Origin: Deltaproteobacteria bacterium
Lineage (GTDB): Bacteria > UBA10199 > GCA-002796325 > JACPFF01
DNA: 64,000 nt
Reading direction: 5' to 3'
Assembly: GCA_016183065.1 (NCBI GenBank)
Contig: JACPFF010000015.1
Coordinates: 27,449 to 91,448, forward strand
Every line of letters starts with the position of its first letter. The first letter of the stretch is position 1. The translations under genes and the position numbers were made by a program. This document shows positions 7,741 to 16,871 of this stretch, piece by piece. The notes below the pieces were generated by a model. It ran no database searches and was not told the origin of the DNA. It saw nothing but the letters and a program-made list of their open reading frames with translations.

Positions 7741-8135
7741 CCGGGTCTCAGATGGTGACACTCGTGCTCGACGATCGTCCCCTCCGACTGATGGTGGCAA
7801 CGACGTGGTCCGCGCGTCGACGCGGTCTCGCCTATCGCGCCTACGCCGATTGGAGCGGGTACGACGGACTCCTCCTCCACTTTCCCTTCCGGTGGTATTG
7901 GCCCGTCTGGATGGTCGGGATGCAGTTTCCGATTCAGCTTTATTGGTGCGTGGGGTCGCGGGTCATTGCCACCTCGCGTCCGCTCGATCCCGGCCACCCG
8001 TGGGCCCTGCACTGGCCTCCACAGGCGGTGGACCGTATCATTGAGCTGATGCGACCACCGGATGCAGTTGATGGAGCAGCGTCCGGATGGTCGGCACCAT
8101 CGCGTCTTCGGCCAGCGCCGAAAACCGCACGATGA
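7737..8135 (+). CDS. DUF192 (COG1430) family protein
   Basis: DUF192-like pattern ...ARRRGLAYR....YDGLLLHFP....PVWMVGMQFPIQLYW...AVDRIIEL. The 3' end overlaps the mfd 3' end by 98 nt. Confidence 0.55.
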   Translation: MTGSQMVTLVLDDRPLRLMVATTWSARRRGLAYRAYADWSGYDGLLLHFPFRWYWPVWMVGMQFPIQLYWCVGSRVIATSRPLDPGHPWALHWPPQAVDRIIELMRPPDAVDGAASGWSAPSRLRPAPKTAR

Positions 8136-11100
8136 AGGCCCCATCGGGCCGGAGTTGATAGCGCCCCGGATCCTCGGCCACCATGTGGAAGAGCTGTTGC
8201 GGATCGACGCACGTTGATTGATGGAAGCGGAGTCGCAAGGTCGTCCCCTGCACGTGGAGTTGCTCGATCCGCAGGCGAATGGCCGCAATGCGGAGCGCGA
8301 TAATCTGGATCAACTGGATCCCCGCCGGCGGGAGAGGGCCAAACCGGTCGACCAGCTCCTCTTCTTGCGCGCTTAAGTCTTCTTCCGTGAGACAACTGGC
8401 GAGGCGTTTGTACCATCCGAGGCGGAGACTCTCGTCGGCGATGTAGGCGGAGGGGAGCATGGCGGCGATGGGGAGCGTCATGTCCGGGTCGATATCCTCC
8501 ACCGTCTCCTCCCCGCGCAATTGGCGGATCGTCCGCTCCAGGAGGCGCGTGAAGAGTTCGTATCCGATCTCGGCAATATGCCCCGATTGTTGCGCGCCGA
8601 GCAGATTCCCGGCGCCGCGCAGTTCCAGATCGTGCATGGCGATGGAGAAACCGCTGCCGAGTTCGGTATAGCGTGCGAGGGTGGCGAGGCGGCGTTGTGC
8701 GATCGGCGTCATCCCTTCACCCGTGTGCATATCGGCATGCGCGGGGACGAGGAGATAGGCCGCCGCCTGGACATTCGAGCGCCCGACACGTCCGCGTATT
8801 TGATACAATTGCGCGAGCCCGAAGGTGTCGGCACGATTGACGATCAGCGTGTTTGCCGCCGGGATATCGAGACCCGCCTCAATGATGCTGGTGCAGAGGA
8901 GCAGATCGGCCTCCCGCTGGATGAAGTGCCGCATGGCGTCTTCGAGCGCGTGTTCCTCCATCTGCCCATGGGCCACGACCAGGCGTGCCTCCGGGACAAT
9001 CCGCCGGAGATGGTCCTGCATCGAGGCAATCGTCTGCACGCGATTGTGGACAAAGAAGATTTGACCGCCGCGCGACAATTCCCGCACGATGGCCTCGCGA
9101 ATGAGCCGGTCGTCGAAGGGGACAATATAGGTTCGGATGGCATGACGATCTGCCGGTGGTGTTTGGATGATCGAGACATCACGGAGGCCGGAGATCGCCA
9201 TGTGGAGCGTGCGGGGGATCGGCGTGGCCGAGAGCGTCAGTGTGTCAACGGTCGCGCGGAGCTTGCGCAGGCGCTCTTTGTGCGCCACGCCAAAGCGTTG
9301 TTCTTCGTCGACGATCAGGAGCCCGAGCCGCGGGATCTGGATGTCGCGCTGGAACAGGCGGTGCGTCCCGATAATCATATCCACCGCGCCCTGTGCCAGA
9401 TCTGCCACGACCGCCTGCTGTTCCGGGCGCGCACGAAAACGACTCAAGAGCTCGATGCGGATCGGCATGGAGGCAAATCGTGCGGAGAAGGTCTGAAAAT
9501 GCTGAAACGCCAGGAGCGTGGTCGGACAGAGGAGGGCGACCTGTCGGCCATCGGCTGTGGCGCGGTAGGCGGCCCGCACAGCCACCTCGGTCTTTCCGTA
9601 TCCCACGTCGCCGCAGATGAGTCGGTCCATCGGTTGCTCGGCCTGCATGTCCCGGAGCGTGTCCTCGATGGCCTGCCATTGATCGGGGGTTTCATCATAG
9701 GGAAAGGTCGCCTCGAATTCTTCGAGGGCGAGATCGCGACCGCGAAATGCGTAGCCCTTTTGCACGCGGCGCGCCGCGTAAATGCGGAGCAGTTCATGCG
9801 CCATGGTGCGGATGCTCTGCTGTACCTTCTGTCGGATGCGGTTCCACCGCGTGCCGCCGAGGCGGTCGACGTGCGGCGGATGTTCATTGGTGCCGAGGTA
9901 TCGTTGCAGGAGGCCGAGTTGATAGACCGGGAGATAGAGTTTATCGCCCCCGAGATATTCGAGCTGCAAAAAATCGGTCTCCGCCATACCGGGGAGGATC
10001 ATCGTTTCGAGGCCCACATATCGTCCGATGCCGTAGCGTTCATGCACGACATGATCGCCGGCCGTCAGATCCTGAAAGGTGGTGAATGCCTCGCCGGAAC
10101 GCACCGGCGGACGTGGGCGCTGGCCCATTTTGCGGCCGAACAGCTCCGCCTCCGTCACAAAGGCGAGGCCATCGTCTTCGCCGAGAAACCCCGCCGACAG
10201 GGCGCCGCGGGTCACGGCAATGGCCCCGCGCCGTGACGGTGAGTCGCCGGCCGTTGTCTCCAGCCCGTGCCAGCGCAGCAGATCGCACGTGCGATCTGCT
10301 GCGAGCGTCGTATGGCAGACGATCGTGCACCGGACGCGGGCCTCCAGCAGTTGTCGCAACGCGGTCATCACCGGCGTCAGCGGATCTGCGGTCGGATGCG
10401 CGATCTGCGCCTCTCCCCGCAGGTGATCCGTCGCCACGGTGTGCACGTCGATCGCGGCGGCCGGCGGATCCACCAAGGTCTCGGCAAGCTGTGCGCAGGG
10501 GTGCCCCCTGAGCGCGCGTTCGCAGGCCTCCCACGCGAGCGCGGCATCGTCGACCGGGAGTAACGCTGCGAGTACGGGTTCCTCTGCCGCGGCAGTCCGC
10601 AGTCGCGTATGGTAGGCGTGCGCCACCTGCAGCAATTGCTCGGGATCGCAGAGAGAGATCCCCATCGTGGCGGGGAGATAGTCGCACAGTGTGGCGCAGT
10701 GTTGATAGAGGAGCGGCAACGCGCTTTCAAGGATCGGCGTGCGACGTCCCAGCGCGATGGCCTCCTGGAGCACGCGGCGGGACGGAACCGGGATGTCCGC
10801 TGCATCGGCGCGTTCCTTGATCACGCGGAGGGCCTCTCGCTGGAGGTCCGGCGTAAACAGCACGGCCTCCGCAGGGCCAATGACCGCTTCGTGCCATGTC
10901 TCCTGGCTTCGTTGCGTTGCCGGATCGAACGTGCGCAGCGAGACCATGGTGTCCCCCTCCCATTCGATGCGCAGCGGGTGCTCGGCGCCCGGAGGCCAGC
11001 AATCGATGAGACTGCCACGACGCGCCAGGGTGCCGATATCTTCGACGAGCGGCATTGCGCAATAGCCTCCATCAGTCAGCCATTGCCGCATCGACTCCTG

Positions 11101-11520
11101 GTCCATGACCATCCCGGTCCGAAAGGTTTGTGTCTGCTGGAGAACGAGGCCGCGGGGTGGCACTGGCTGCAGGAGCGCGGTGACCGGGGCAATAATGGTG
11201 GCCGGTTGATGGGCGGTCAATCGGCACAAGACCGCCAGCCGAGACGCCTTTGCTTCGACCGAGAGTGGATGGCCGCGGTACGGAAGCTCGCCCGGTGGAA
11301 AGGCGCACACGGCCTCGTCGGTGGTCGTCCTGGCAAAAAACGCCAGATCGCCCATCAAGGCAGTGGCTGCGGTCTCATCCGGAACGACAATGAGCCGCTG
11401 TTGCGTTGGCGCAGCAGCATGCAGGGCCCCCAGCAGATAGGCCCGTGCCGAACCGCGCAGGCCAAGAACCGTTGCAGGTGCACGTTGCAGTTGCGAGATG
11501 ACCTCTTGCAATCGGGCCAT
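8038..11520 (-). CDS. mfd: Transcription-repair coupling factor Mfd
   Basis: 1160 aa. Helicase motifs LICGDVGYGKTEVAVRAAY and LLIVDEEQRFGV, plus CarD-like and TRCF C-terminal regions. Confidence 0.95.
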   Translation of the reverse strand: MARLQEVISQLQRAPATVLGLRGSARAYLLGALHAAAPTQQRLIVVPDETAATALMGDLAFFARTTTDEAVCAFPPGELPYRGHPLSVEAKASRLAVLCRLTAHQPATIIAPVTALLQPVPPRGLVLQQTQTFRTGMVMDQESMRQWLTDGGYCAMPLVEDIGTLARRGSLIDCWPPGAEHPLRIEWEGDTMVSLRTFDPATQRSQETWHEAVIGPAEAVLFTPDLQREALRVIKERADAADIPVPSRRVLQEAIALGRRTPILESALPLLYQHCATLCDYLPATMGISLCDPEQLLQVAHAYHTRLRTAAAEEPVLAALLPVDDAALAWEACERALRGHPCAQLAETLVDPPAAAIDVHTVATDHLRGEAQIAHPTADPLTPVMTALRQLLEARVRCTIVCHTTLAADRTCDLLRWHGLETTAGDSPSRRGAIAVTRGALSAGFLGEDDGLAFVTEAELFGRKMGQRPRPPVRSGEAFTTFQDLTAGDHVVHERYGIGRYVGLETMILPGMAETDFLQLEYLGGDKLYLPVYQLGLLQRYLGTNEHPPHVDRLGGTRWNRIRQKVQQSIRTMAHELLRIYAARRVQKGYAFRGRDLALEEFEATFPYDETPDQWQAIEDTLRDMQAEQPMDRLICGDVGYGKTEVAVRAAYRATADGRQVALLCPTTLLAFQHFQTFSARFASMPIRIELLSRFRARPEQQAVVADLAQGAVDMIIGTHRLFQRDIQIPRLGLLIVDEEQRFGVAHKERLRKLRATVDTLTLSATPIPRTLHMAISGLRDVSIIQTPPADRHAIRTYIVPFDDRLIREAIVRELSRGGQIFFVHNRVQTIASMQDHLRRIVPEARLVVAHGQMEEHALEDAMRHFIQREADLLLCTSIIEAGLDIPAANTLIVNRADTFGLAQLYQIRGRVGRSNVQAAAYLLVPAHADMHTGEGMTPIAQRRLATLARYTELGSGFSIAMHDLELRGAGNLLGAQQSGHIAEIGYELFTRLLERTIRQLRGEETVEDIDPDMTLPIAAMLPSAYIADESLRLGWYKRLASCLTEEDLSAQEEELVDRFGPLPPAGIQLIQIIALRIAAIRLRIEQLHVQGTTLRLRFHQSTCVDPQQLFHMVAEDPGRYQLRPDGAFIVRFSALAEDAMVPTIRTLLHQLHPVVASAQ

Positions 11521-11687
11521 GGCGCCCTCCAGTGCGGGATTTGTGCGCGAAAGTCAACAGGGCAAACTCGAACGTCCGCGTCGTGCAAAACCCCGCAATG
11601 ACTTGACAAGTGGTCGGTTCTTGGTCCATTAGCCGCGCATTCTGCGTGTGAAGTGGCCGGGAGATCTCCTGCACGGCACGCAGTCAT

Positions 11688-11758
11688 TCGGGGATCGTCT
11701 AACGGTAGGACCGCGGACTCTGACTCCGCTAGTCTAGGTTCGAATCCTAGTCCCCGAG
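11688..11758 (+). tRNA. tRNA-Gln (anticodon CUG); 3' CCA not encoded
   Basis: Manual cloverleaf. Acceptor TCGGGGA/TCCCCGA with the U1:A72 pair typical of bacterial tRNA-Gln. D arm GTCT/GGAC. Anticodon arm GCGGA-CTCTGAC-TCCGC. T arm CTAGG-TTCGAAT-CCTAG. Discriminator G. Confidence 0.85.
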
Positions 11759-12085
11759 CACCGGTGATGCCTCAACCGGGGGTGGGGGATCCCACAATCC
11801 CCGATCACGACCGTAGGAGACGACCGAAAGAAACGCTTGCCATCTGTGGCTATCCGGGCTACACATGCTGTCACGCAGAGGATGCGGGTAGTAATGGTGG
11901 TTTGGAACGGTATGTCAAAAGCGGTGTTCTTTGCTTCTTTTCTTCTGTTTTGAATCACAGCAAAAAGCCAGATTTCGAGCCATTGCGGCCGTCGTGTGTC
12001 CGTACCTGTTGTCCGTGACACATTCGATGGGCGCGTTCAATCGGCGGCCGCGTTTTGCGGTGCGCCCATAGAGTAAGGATGTCAT

Positions 12086-13369
12086 ATGGAGCAACACACA
12101 TTTCATGGGCTGAAGCTTGCGGAGCCCATCTGTAAGGCCCTGCAGGGAGAGGGCTATGAGCACCCGACGCCGATCCAGTTGGCCGCGATTCCCCATTTGC
12201 TGGCAGGTCGCGATCTCATCGGCTGTGCGCGGACCGGTACCGGCAAGACCGCAGCCTTTGCGCTGCCAATGCTTCAGCAGCTCTCGACCACACAGAAAAA
12301 AATCCCGCCCCGGGGTGCCCGCGCGCTCATTCTCACGCCGACCCGCGAGTTGGCCGTGCAGGTGGGCGAAAGCTTCAGGACCTACGGCCGGTATCTGCGC
12401 ATCGATCATGCGCTCGTGTTTGGCGGCGTGGGGCAGGGCCCGCAGGTCAAGGCATTGCGGCGTGGTGTTGATGTGTTGGTTGCCACGCCTGGACGCCTGC
12501 TCGATTTGATCAATCAGGGGCATGCCAGTCTTGCGCAGATCGAGATTTTTGTCCTCGATGAAGCCGACCGGATGCTCGATATGGGGTTCCTCCCCGATAT
12601 TAAGAAGGTCATTGCCATGCTGCCGGCCAAGCGTCAGACGCTCCTCTTTTCCGCGACCATGGCGCCCGCGATATTGAAACTTGCCGAGGGATTGCTGGTC
12701 GATCCCGTCAAGGTGGCGGTGGATCCGCCCGCGTCCACGTTGACGCAGATTGATGAACGCGTCCTCTTTGTCGATGAAGGGAACAAGCGGGCCCTGCTGT
12801 CGGAACTGCTCAAATCCGAGGAGATCACCCGTGCGCTCGTTTTTACGCGGACAAAACACGGTGCCAATCGCTTGGTGAAGCAGCTGGAGAAGTCGGACAT
12901 CGCCGCGCGGGCCATTCACGGCAATAAGTCGCAAACCGCGCGCATGGCGGCATTGCAGGATTTTCGCACAGGGCGTTGCCGACTGCTGGTGGCCACCGAC
13001 GTGGCTGCGCGGGGCATCGATGTGGACGGCATTACGCACGTGATCAACTACGACCTCCCAAATGAACCCGAGAGTTATGTGCATCGCATCGGCCGTACGG
13101 CGCGGGCAGGGGCATCCGGGATCGCGCTTTCGTTTTGTGGCGGGAGCGAGCGGCCCTTTTTGCGCGATATCGAGCGGTTGCTCAAACGGTCCGTTCCCGT
13201 CTGCAAGGACCATCCGTTTCATGCGTCGGGCATTGCGAATACGCGTGGTGGAACGAGTGGGGGTGCGAAAATCACCGCACAACGGAACGGGTGGGGTGCC
13301 CATCGGCGACAGCGCACGTGTCCCCGATATGGCTGTGGAAGACGCGGACGATTGGGCGCGGCCAAGTAA
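12086..13369 (+). CDS. rhlE: ATP-dependent DEAD-box RNA helicase (RhlE-like)
   Basis: Q-motif PTPIQ, ARTGTGKTAAFALPML, VLDEADRMLDMGF, SAT and HRIGRTARAG, with a basic C-terminal tail. Confidence 0.9.
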   Translation: MEQHTFHGLKLAEPICKALQGEGYEHPTPIQLAAIPHLLAGRDLIGCARTGTGKTAAFALPMLQQLSTTQKKIPPRGARALILTPTRELAVQVGESFRTYGRYLRIDHALVFGGVGQGPQVKALRRGVDVLVATPGRLLDLINQGHASLAQIEIFVLDEADRMLDMGFLPDIKKVIAMLPAKRQTLLFSATMAPAILKLAEGLLVDPVKVAVDPPASTLTQIDERVLFVDEGNKRALLSELLKSEEITRALVFTRTKHGANRLVKQLEKSDIAARAIHGNKSQTARMAALQDFRTGRCRLLVATDVAARGIDVDGITHVINYDLPNEPESYVHRIGRTARAGASGIALSFCGGSERPFLRDIERLLKRSVPVCKDHPFHASGIANTRGGTSGGAKITAQRNGWGAHRRQRTCPRYGCGRRGRLGAAK

Positions 13370-13440
13370 AGCGCACGGTTTCCCATCCATAGCGACACCG
13401 CAGCCTGGGAATGTCTTCTTTCCTCACGAATGTATTTTCG

Positions 13441-13469
13441 TTGACAGTCGGGTGCTGTAATCATATATC
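13441..13469 (+). promoter_or_regulatory. Sigma70-like promoter upstream of the Rrf2 regulator and nos cluster
   Basis: -35 TTGACA (13441-13446), 17-nt spacer, -10 TATATC (13464-13469). AGGTGG RBS precedes ATG 13493. Confidence 0.45.
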
Positions 13470-13492
13470 GACATGCGATTAGGTGGTTACAG

Positions 13493-13885
13493 ATGCTCTC
13501 CAAAACGAGTCTGCAGATCATCAAGGCCCTTGTGGAGTTGGCGCACCTGCCGCAGGGGCAGTCCGCAGGGGCGGCAAGGGTTGCCAAACGTATTCGGGCG
13601 CCGCAGAACTATCTGGGAAAAATGCTGCAGCAGCTCTCGCATAAAGGATTGGTCGTTTCGAAAAAAGGATTTGGCGGCGGCTTTCGACTCGCGAAATCTC
13701 CGGCGAAGATTCGGCTCTTTGATGTGATTAACCCGATTGACGACGTCGGCCGTTGGGACAGTTGTTTCCTGGGTCGCAAGCACTGCTCCGAAAAAAATGC
13801 CTGTCAGGTCCATCATCAATGGTCGGTGGTTCATCGGGGATATATGCATTTTCTCAAAAACGTCACGTTGGCCGATTTGATGTAA
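13493..13885 (+). CDS. Rrf2-family transcriptional regulator (NsrR/IscR-like, three-Cys cluster)
   Basis: wHTH N-terminus (IIKALVELA...YLGKMLQQLSHKGLVVSKKG) and Cys triad CFLGRKHCSEKNAC. Confidence 0.8.
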   Translation: MLSKTSLQIIKALVELAHLPQGQSAGAARVAKRIRAPQNYLGKMLQQLSHKGLVVSKKGFGGGFRLAKSPAKIRLFDVINPIDDVGRWDSCFLGRKHCSEKNACQVHHQWSVVHRGYMHFLKNVTLADLM

Positions 13886-13907
13886 TCGACAGAAACAGGA
13901 GGGATCG

Positions 13908-14366
13908 ATGAAGGCAAAGAGTGTATCGATGGTGGGCGCGCTGTTAGCGCTGATACCCCTGACGGCCTGCAATCCGCAAAAGGACTCGCCACAATCGACA
14001 TCCGAGGCGGCACCAGTGACCAGTAGGGGTGTCGGGCCAATCACCAGTGTGGCGTTAGGGGCGCTCGATTCCCAGAAGGCCGCACGCGGCGAAAAACTGT
14101 TTCAGGAAAAATGCAGTGCCTGTCACAAATTCGAGGAAAAATATGTCGGTCCCGCACTGGCGGGAGTGACGACACGCCGTTCTCCCGCATGGATCATGAA
14201 CATGATCCTGAATCCCGAAGAGATGACCAAAAGCGATCCAATCGCCAAGGAATTATTGGCGACGCATTTCACCCAGATGACCTTTCAAAACGTGTCACAA
14301 GATGACGCCAGGGCCATTCTGGAGTTTTTCCGACAACACGATGCTCCGTCGGGAGGAAAGGAATGA
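13908..14366 (+). CDS. Mono-haem c-type cytochrome, predicted lipoprotein (nos-associated)
   Basis: Lipobox LTAC and haem motif CSACH. Overlaps the nosZ start by 4 nt. Confidence 0.8.
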   Translation: MKAKSVSMVGALLALIPLTACNPQKDSPQSTSEAAPVTSRGVGPITSVALGALDSQKAARGEKLFQEKCSACHKFEEKYVGPALAGVTTRRSPAWIMNMILNPEEMTKSDPIAKELLATHFTQMTFQNVSQDDARAILEFFRQHDAPSGGKE

Positions 14367-16264
14367 AAACATATCTACTCGTGTTTGCGGCGCTTTGCTG
14401 CATTGGTGCCTGCGGTCGGTCGATGTCCGACGAGAACATTCTGGCAATAGATGCCGCGGAAAAGGTGTATGTTGCCCCGGGCGAAAAAGATGAGTTTTAT
14501 TGGTTCATGTCCGGCGGGTATAGCGGGCAAGTGACCGTCTACGGCATTCCATCGGGTCGACTGCTCAAGACCATCCCGGTCTTCTCCCAGTTTCCGGAAA
14601 ACGGCTATGGATATGAGGAAGAGACCAAGGAGATGTTGATGACGTCGCATGGCCATGTGGTGTGGGGCGACGCGCATCATCCGGAGGTCTCGCTGACCCG
14701 TGGCGAACAGGATGGCCGCTGGCTCTTCATCAATGAAAATAATACCCCGCGCATTGCCCGTATCGATTTGCGGCGCTTTGAGACCGCGGAAATCATCGAA
14801 ATCCCCAATGCCGCGGGGAATCATGCCTCCCCATTCTTGACGGAAAATACCGAATACCTCATGGCCGCGACCCGGTTTTCGGTCCCGGTGCCACAACGAG
14901 ACGTGCCGATTGCAAGTGCCAAGGAGGGGACCTTCAAAGGGACGATCTCCATGGTCAAGGTCGATGGGGACACAGGGGAGATGAGTCTGGCCTTGCAGGT
15001 GTTGGTCCCTGGTTTCAACTACGACATCTCGCATTGCGGCAAAGGCCCGTCACACGATTGGTGTTTTTTCAGTACCTATAATACGGAGCAGGCCTACAAG
15101 ATGCTCGAGATCGAGGCCTCGCAAAACGACAAAGACTATACGCTCGCCTTCAACTGGGTCCTGGCGGAACAATGTGTCGATGACGGGAAGGCGAAAGCTT
15201 TTCCCGGCGTGTATTATCACAACGTGCATCCGAGTAATCATGCCGTGGTGTCGGAAAAACAGAGTGGTGTCACAATGCTCGATCCGGTGGATTGTCCCGG
15301 CATGTTGTTTTTTCTCCCGACACCCAAGAGTCCGCACGGGACCGATGTCGATCCCTCCGGCGAATATATTGTCAGTGGCGGCAAATTGGCGACCGTCATT
15401 CCGGTCCATTCCTTCAAAAAATTCGCGCAGGCCATTACCGATCCCGGCAACATCATCACGTCCATTGAGGGGATTCCGGTGCTGAAATACGCATCGACGC
15501 TGGCGGGTGAGGTGGAAAAACCGTGTCTCGGTCCACTGCATACCGAGTTCGATGGCAACGGATATGCCTATACGTCCTGTTTTATCAGTTCGGAAGTGAT
15601 CAAGTGGAAACTGGGGACGTGGGAGGTCGTGGATCGTATTCCGGCGTACTACAGCATTGGCCATCTCAGTATTGCCGGTGGCGATTCGTCCAAGCCGATT
15701 GGGAAATATCTCCTCTCGCTCAACAAGATCACGAAAGACCGCTATTTGCCGGTCGGGCCGGAATTAAGCCAGAGTGCACAGCTGTACGATATCAGCGGCA
15801 GGAAAATGCAGTTGCTCCTCGATTTTCCAACGACGGGAGAGCCGCACTACGCACAAGGGGTTCCCGCCTCGCTCATTGCGGACAAGGTCGAAAAAATCTT
15901 CCCTCTCGATGAGAACAATCACCCCTCTGCGACCAAGAAAGAGGCAGACGCACGCGTGGAACGCGATGGGCAGACGGTCCATGTCTACATGACGTCGATC
16001 CGGTCCCATTTCAAACCGGATACCGTGGACGTCAAGGTGGGCGATAGGGTCTATTTCCATATTACGAACCTCGAGCAGGATTATGACATCGACCACGGCT
16101 TTGCCATTTTTGGCGCGGGGGCCCCGAACCTCCTCATTATGCCGGGCGAAACCAAAACCATTCAGTACCAGGCGTCGAAACCGGGCATCTATCCTTTTTA
16201 CTGTACCGACTTTTGCTCGGCCCTGCATCAGGAGATGCAACAGTATCTGCGGGTGACCCCGTAG
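14363..16264 (+). CDS. nosZ: Nitrous-oxide reductase NosZ, clade II (Sec-type signal, no twin-Arg motif)
   Basis: 633 aa. N-terminus MKTYLLVFAALCCIGAC carries a lipobox and no RR motif. CuZ-region His motif DAHHP. C-terminal CuA motif CTDFCSALHQEM. Confidence 0.9.
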   Translation: MKTYLLVFAALCCIGACGRSMSDENILAIDAAEKVYVAPGEKDEFYWFMSGGYSGQVTVYGIPSGRLLKTIPVFSQFPENGYGYEEETKEMLMTSHGHVVWGDAHHPEVSLTRGEQDGRWLFINENNTPRIARIDLRRFETAEIIEIPNAAGNHASPFLTENTEYLMAATRFSVPVPQRDVPIASAKEGTFKGTISMVKVDGDTGEMSLALQVLVPGFNYDISHCGKGPSHDWCFFSTYNTEQAYKMLEIEASQNDKDYTLAFNWVLAEQCVDDGKAKAFPGVYYHNVHPSNHAVVSEKQSGVTMLDPVDCPGMLFFLPTPKSPHGTDVDPSGEYIVSGGKLATVIPVHSFKKFAQAITDPGNIITSIEGIPVLKYASTLAGEVEKPCLGPLHTEFDGNGYAYTSCFISSEVIKWKLGTWEVVDRIPAYYSIGHLSIAGGDSSKPIGKYLLSLNKITKDRYLPVGPELSQSAQLYDISGRKMQLLLDFPTTGEPHYAQGVPASLIADKVEKIFPLDENNHPSATKKEADARVERDGQTVHVYMTSIRSHFKPDTVDVKVGDRVYFHITNLEQDYDIDHGFAIFGAGAPNLLIMPGETKTIQYQASKPGIYPFYCTDFCSALHQEMQQYLRVTP

Positions 16265-16274
16265 CGGGCAGGCC

Positions 16275-16871
16275 ATGATGCAGAGACTCTCTCGGCGCAA
16301 TCGGATGTTGGTTCTTGCCATTGGGGGCATGTTGGTTGCGATCTATTGTGTACCCATCTGGAGCATCCATCTGGTTGCGCCGCAATATCCGGAAGGATTG
16401 GGGATGTATCTGTGGGCCGGGAAGATCACGGGACACGGTCCGTATGATCTGCAAAACATCAATCTCCTCAATCACTACATCGGGATGGCCCCGATTGTGG
16501 AAGCCTCGATCCCGGAGTTCCTTTTTATGCCCTACATCCTCGGCTATATGGTCGCCGGTGCCGTGGCGACGTTTTGGTACCCGCGTCGCTTTATGGTCTA
16601 TCTTGGCATGATCAATCTGCTCCTGGTGGGTCTTGCCAGCTTCTATGATTTCTGGCGATGGGAATACAACTATGGCCACAATCTGAATCCCGAAGCCCCG
16701 ATTTCCATTCCGGGCATGGCGTATCAACCACCGCTCCTCGGTTGCAAACAGCTCCTCAATATTACCTCATGCAGCTGGCCCCATGTCGGTGGCATTCTGC
16801 TCTGTGTGGTTGGCCTGGGACTCTCTTTTATACTGGTCACCGAATATGTACAACGCAAGAGCAATGTCTAA
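16275..16871 (+). CDS. nosB: Polytopic membrane protein at the NosB position of clade-II nos clusters
   Basis: 198 aa with several hydrophobic segments, directly downstream of clade-II nosZ. Called from position and topology only. Confidence 0.6.
   Translation: MMQRLSRRNRMLVLAIGGMLVAIYCVPIWSIHLVAPQYPEGLGMYLWAGKITGHGPYDLQNINLLNHYIGMAPIVEASIPEFLFMPYILGYMVAGAVATFWYPRRFMVYLGMINLLLVGLASFYDFWRWEYNYGHNLNPEAPISIPGMAYQPPLLGCKQLLNITSCSWPHVGGILLCVVGLGLSFILVTEYVQRKSNV

Noticed and set aside
11759-12085. tRNA-Gln-adjacent genomic island or prophage boundary
   Set aside because: There is no integrase or mobility gene nearby, and I could not find a direct repeat of the tRNA 3' end downstream. Only a compositional oddity remains, and it is reported as a low-interest finding.
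11915-13390. 491-aa antisense ORF opposite the DEAD-box helicase. Similar long shadow ORFs include 575..1213, 1572..2858, 4806..6146, 8521..10236, 26747..28441, 32147..33271, 35286..36761, 42135..43118, 43661..44656 and 56363..57808.
   Set aside because: Each lies antisense to, or out of frame with, a gene carrying complete family motifs. Their translations are Arg/Gly/Pro/His-rich with no recognisable domains. This is the expected artefact of stop-codon scarcity at high GC.
13370-13907. FNR/Crp box (TTGAT-N4-ATCAA) in the nos promoter region
   Set aside because: A by-eye scan found only TTGACA...ATCA with the wrong spacing (it is the -35 box). There is no supportable site.
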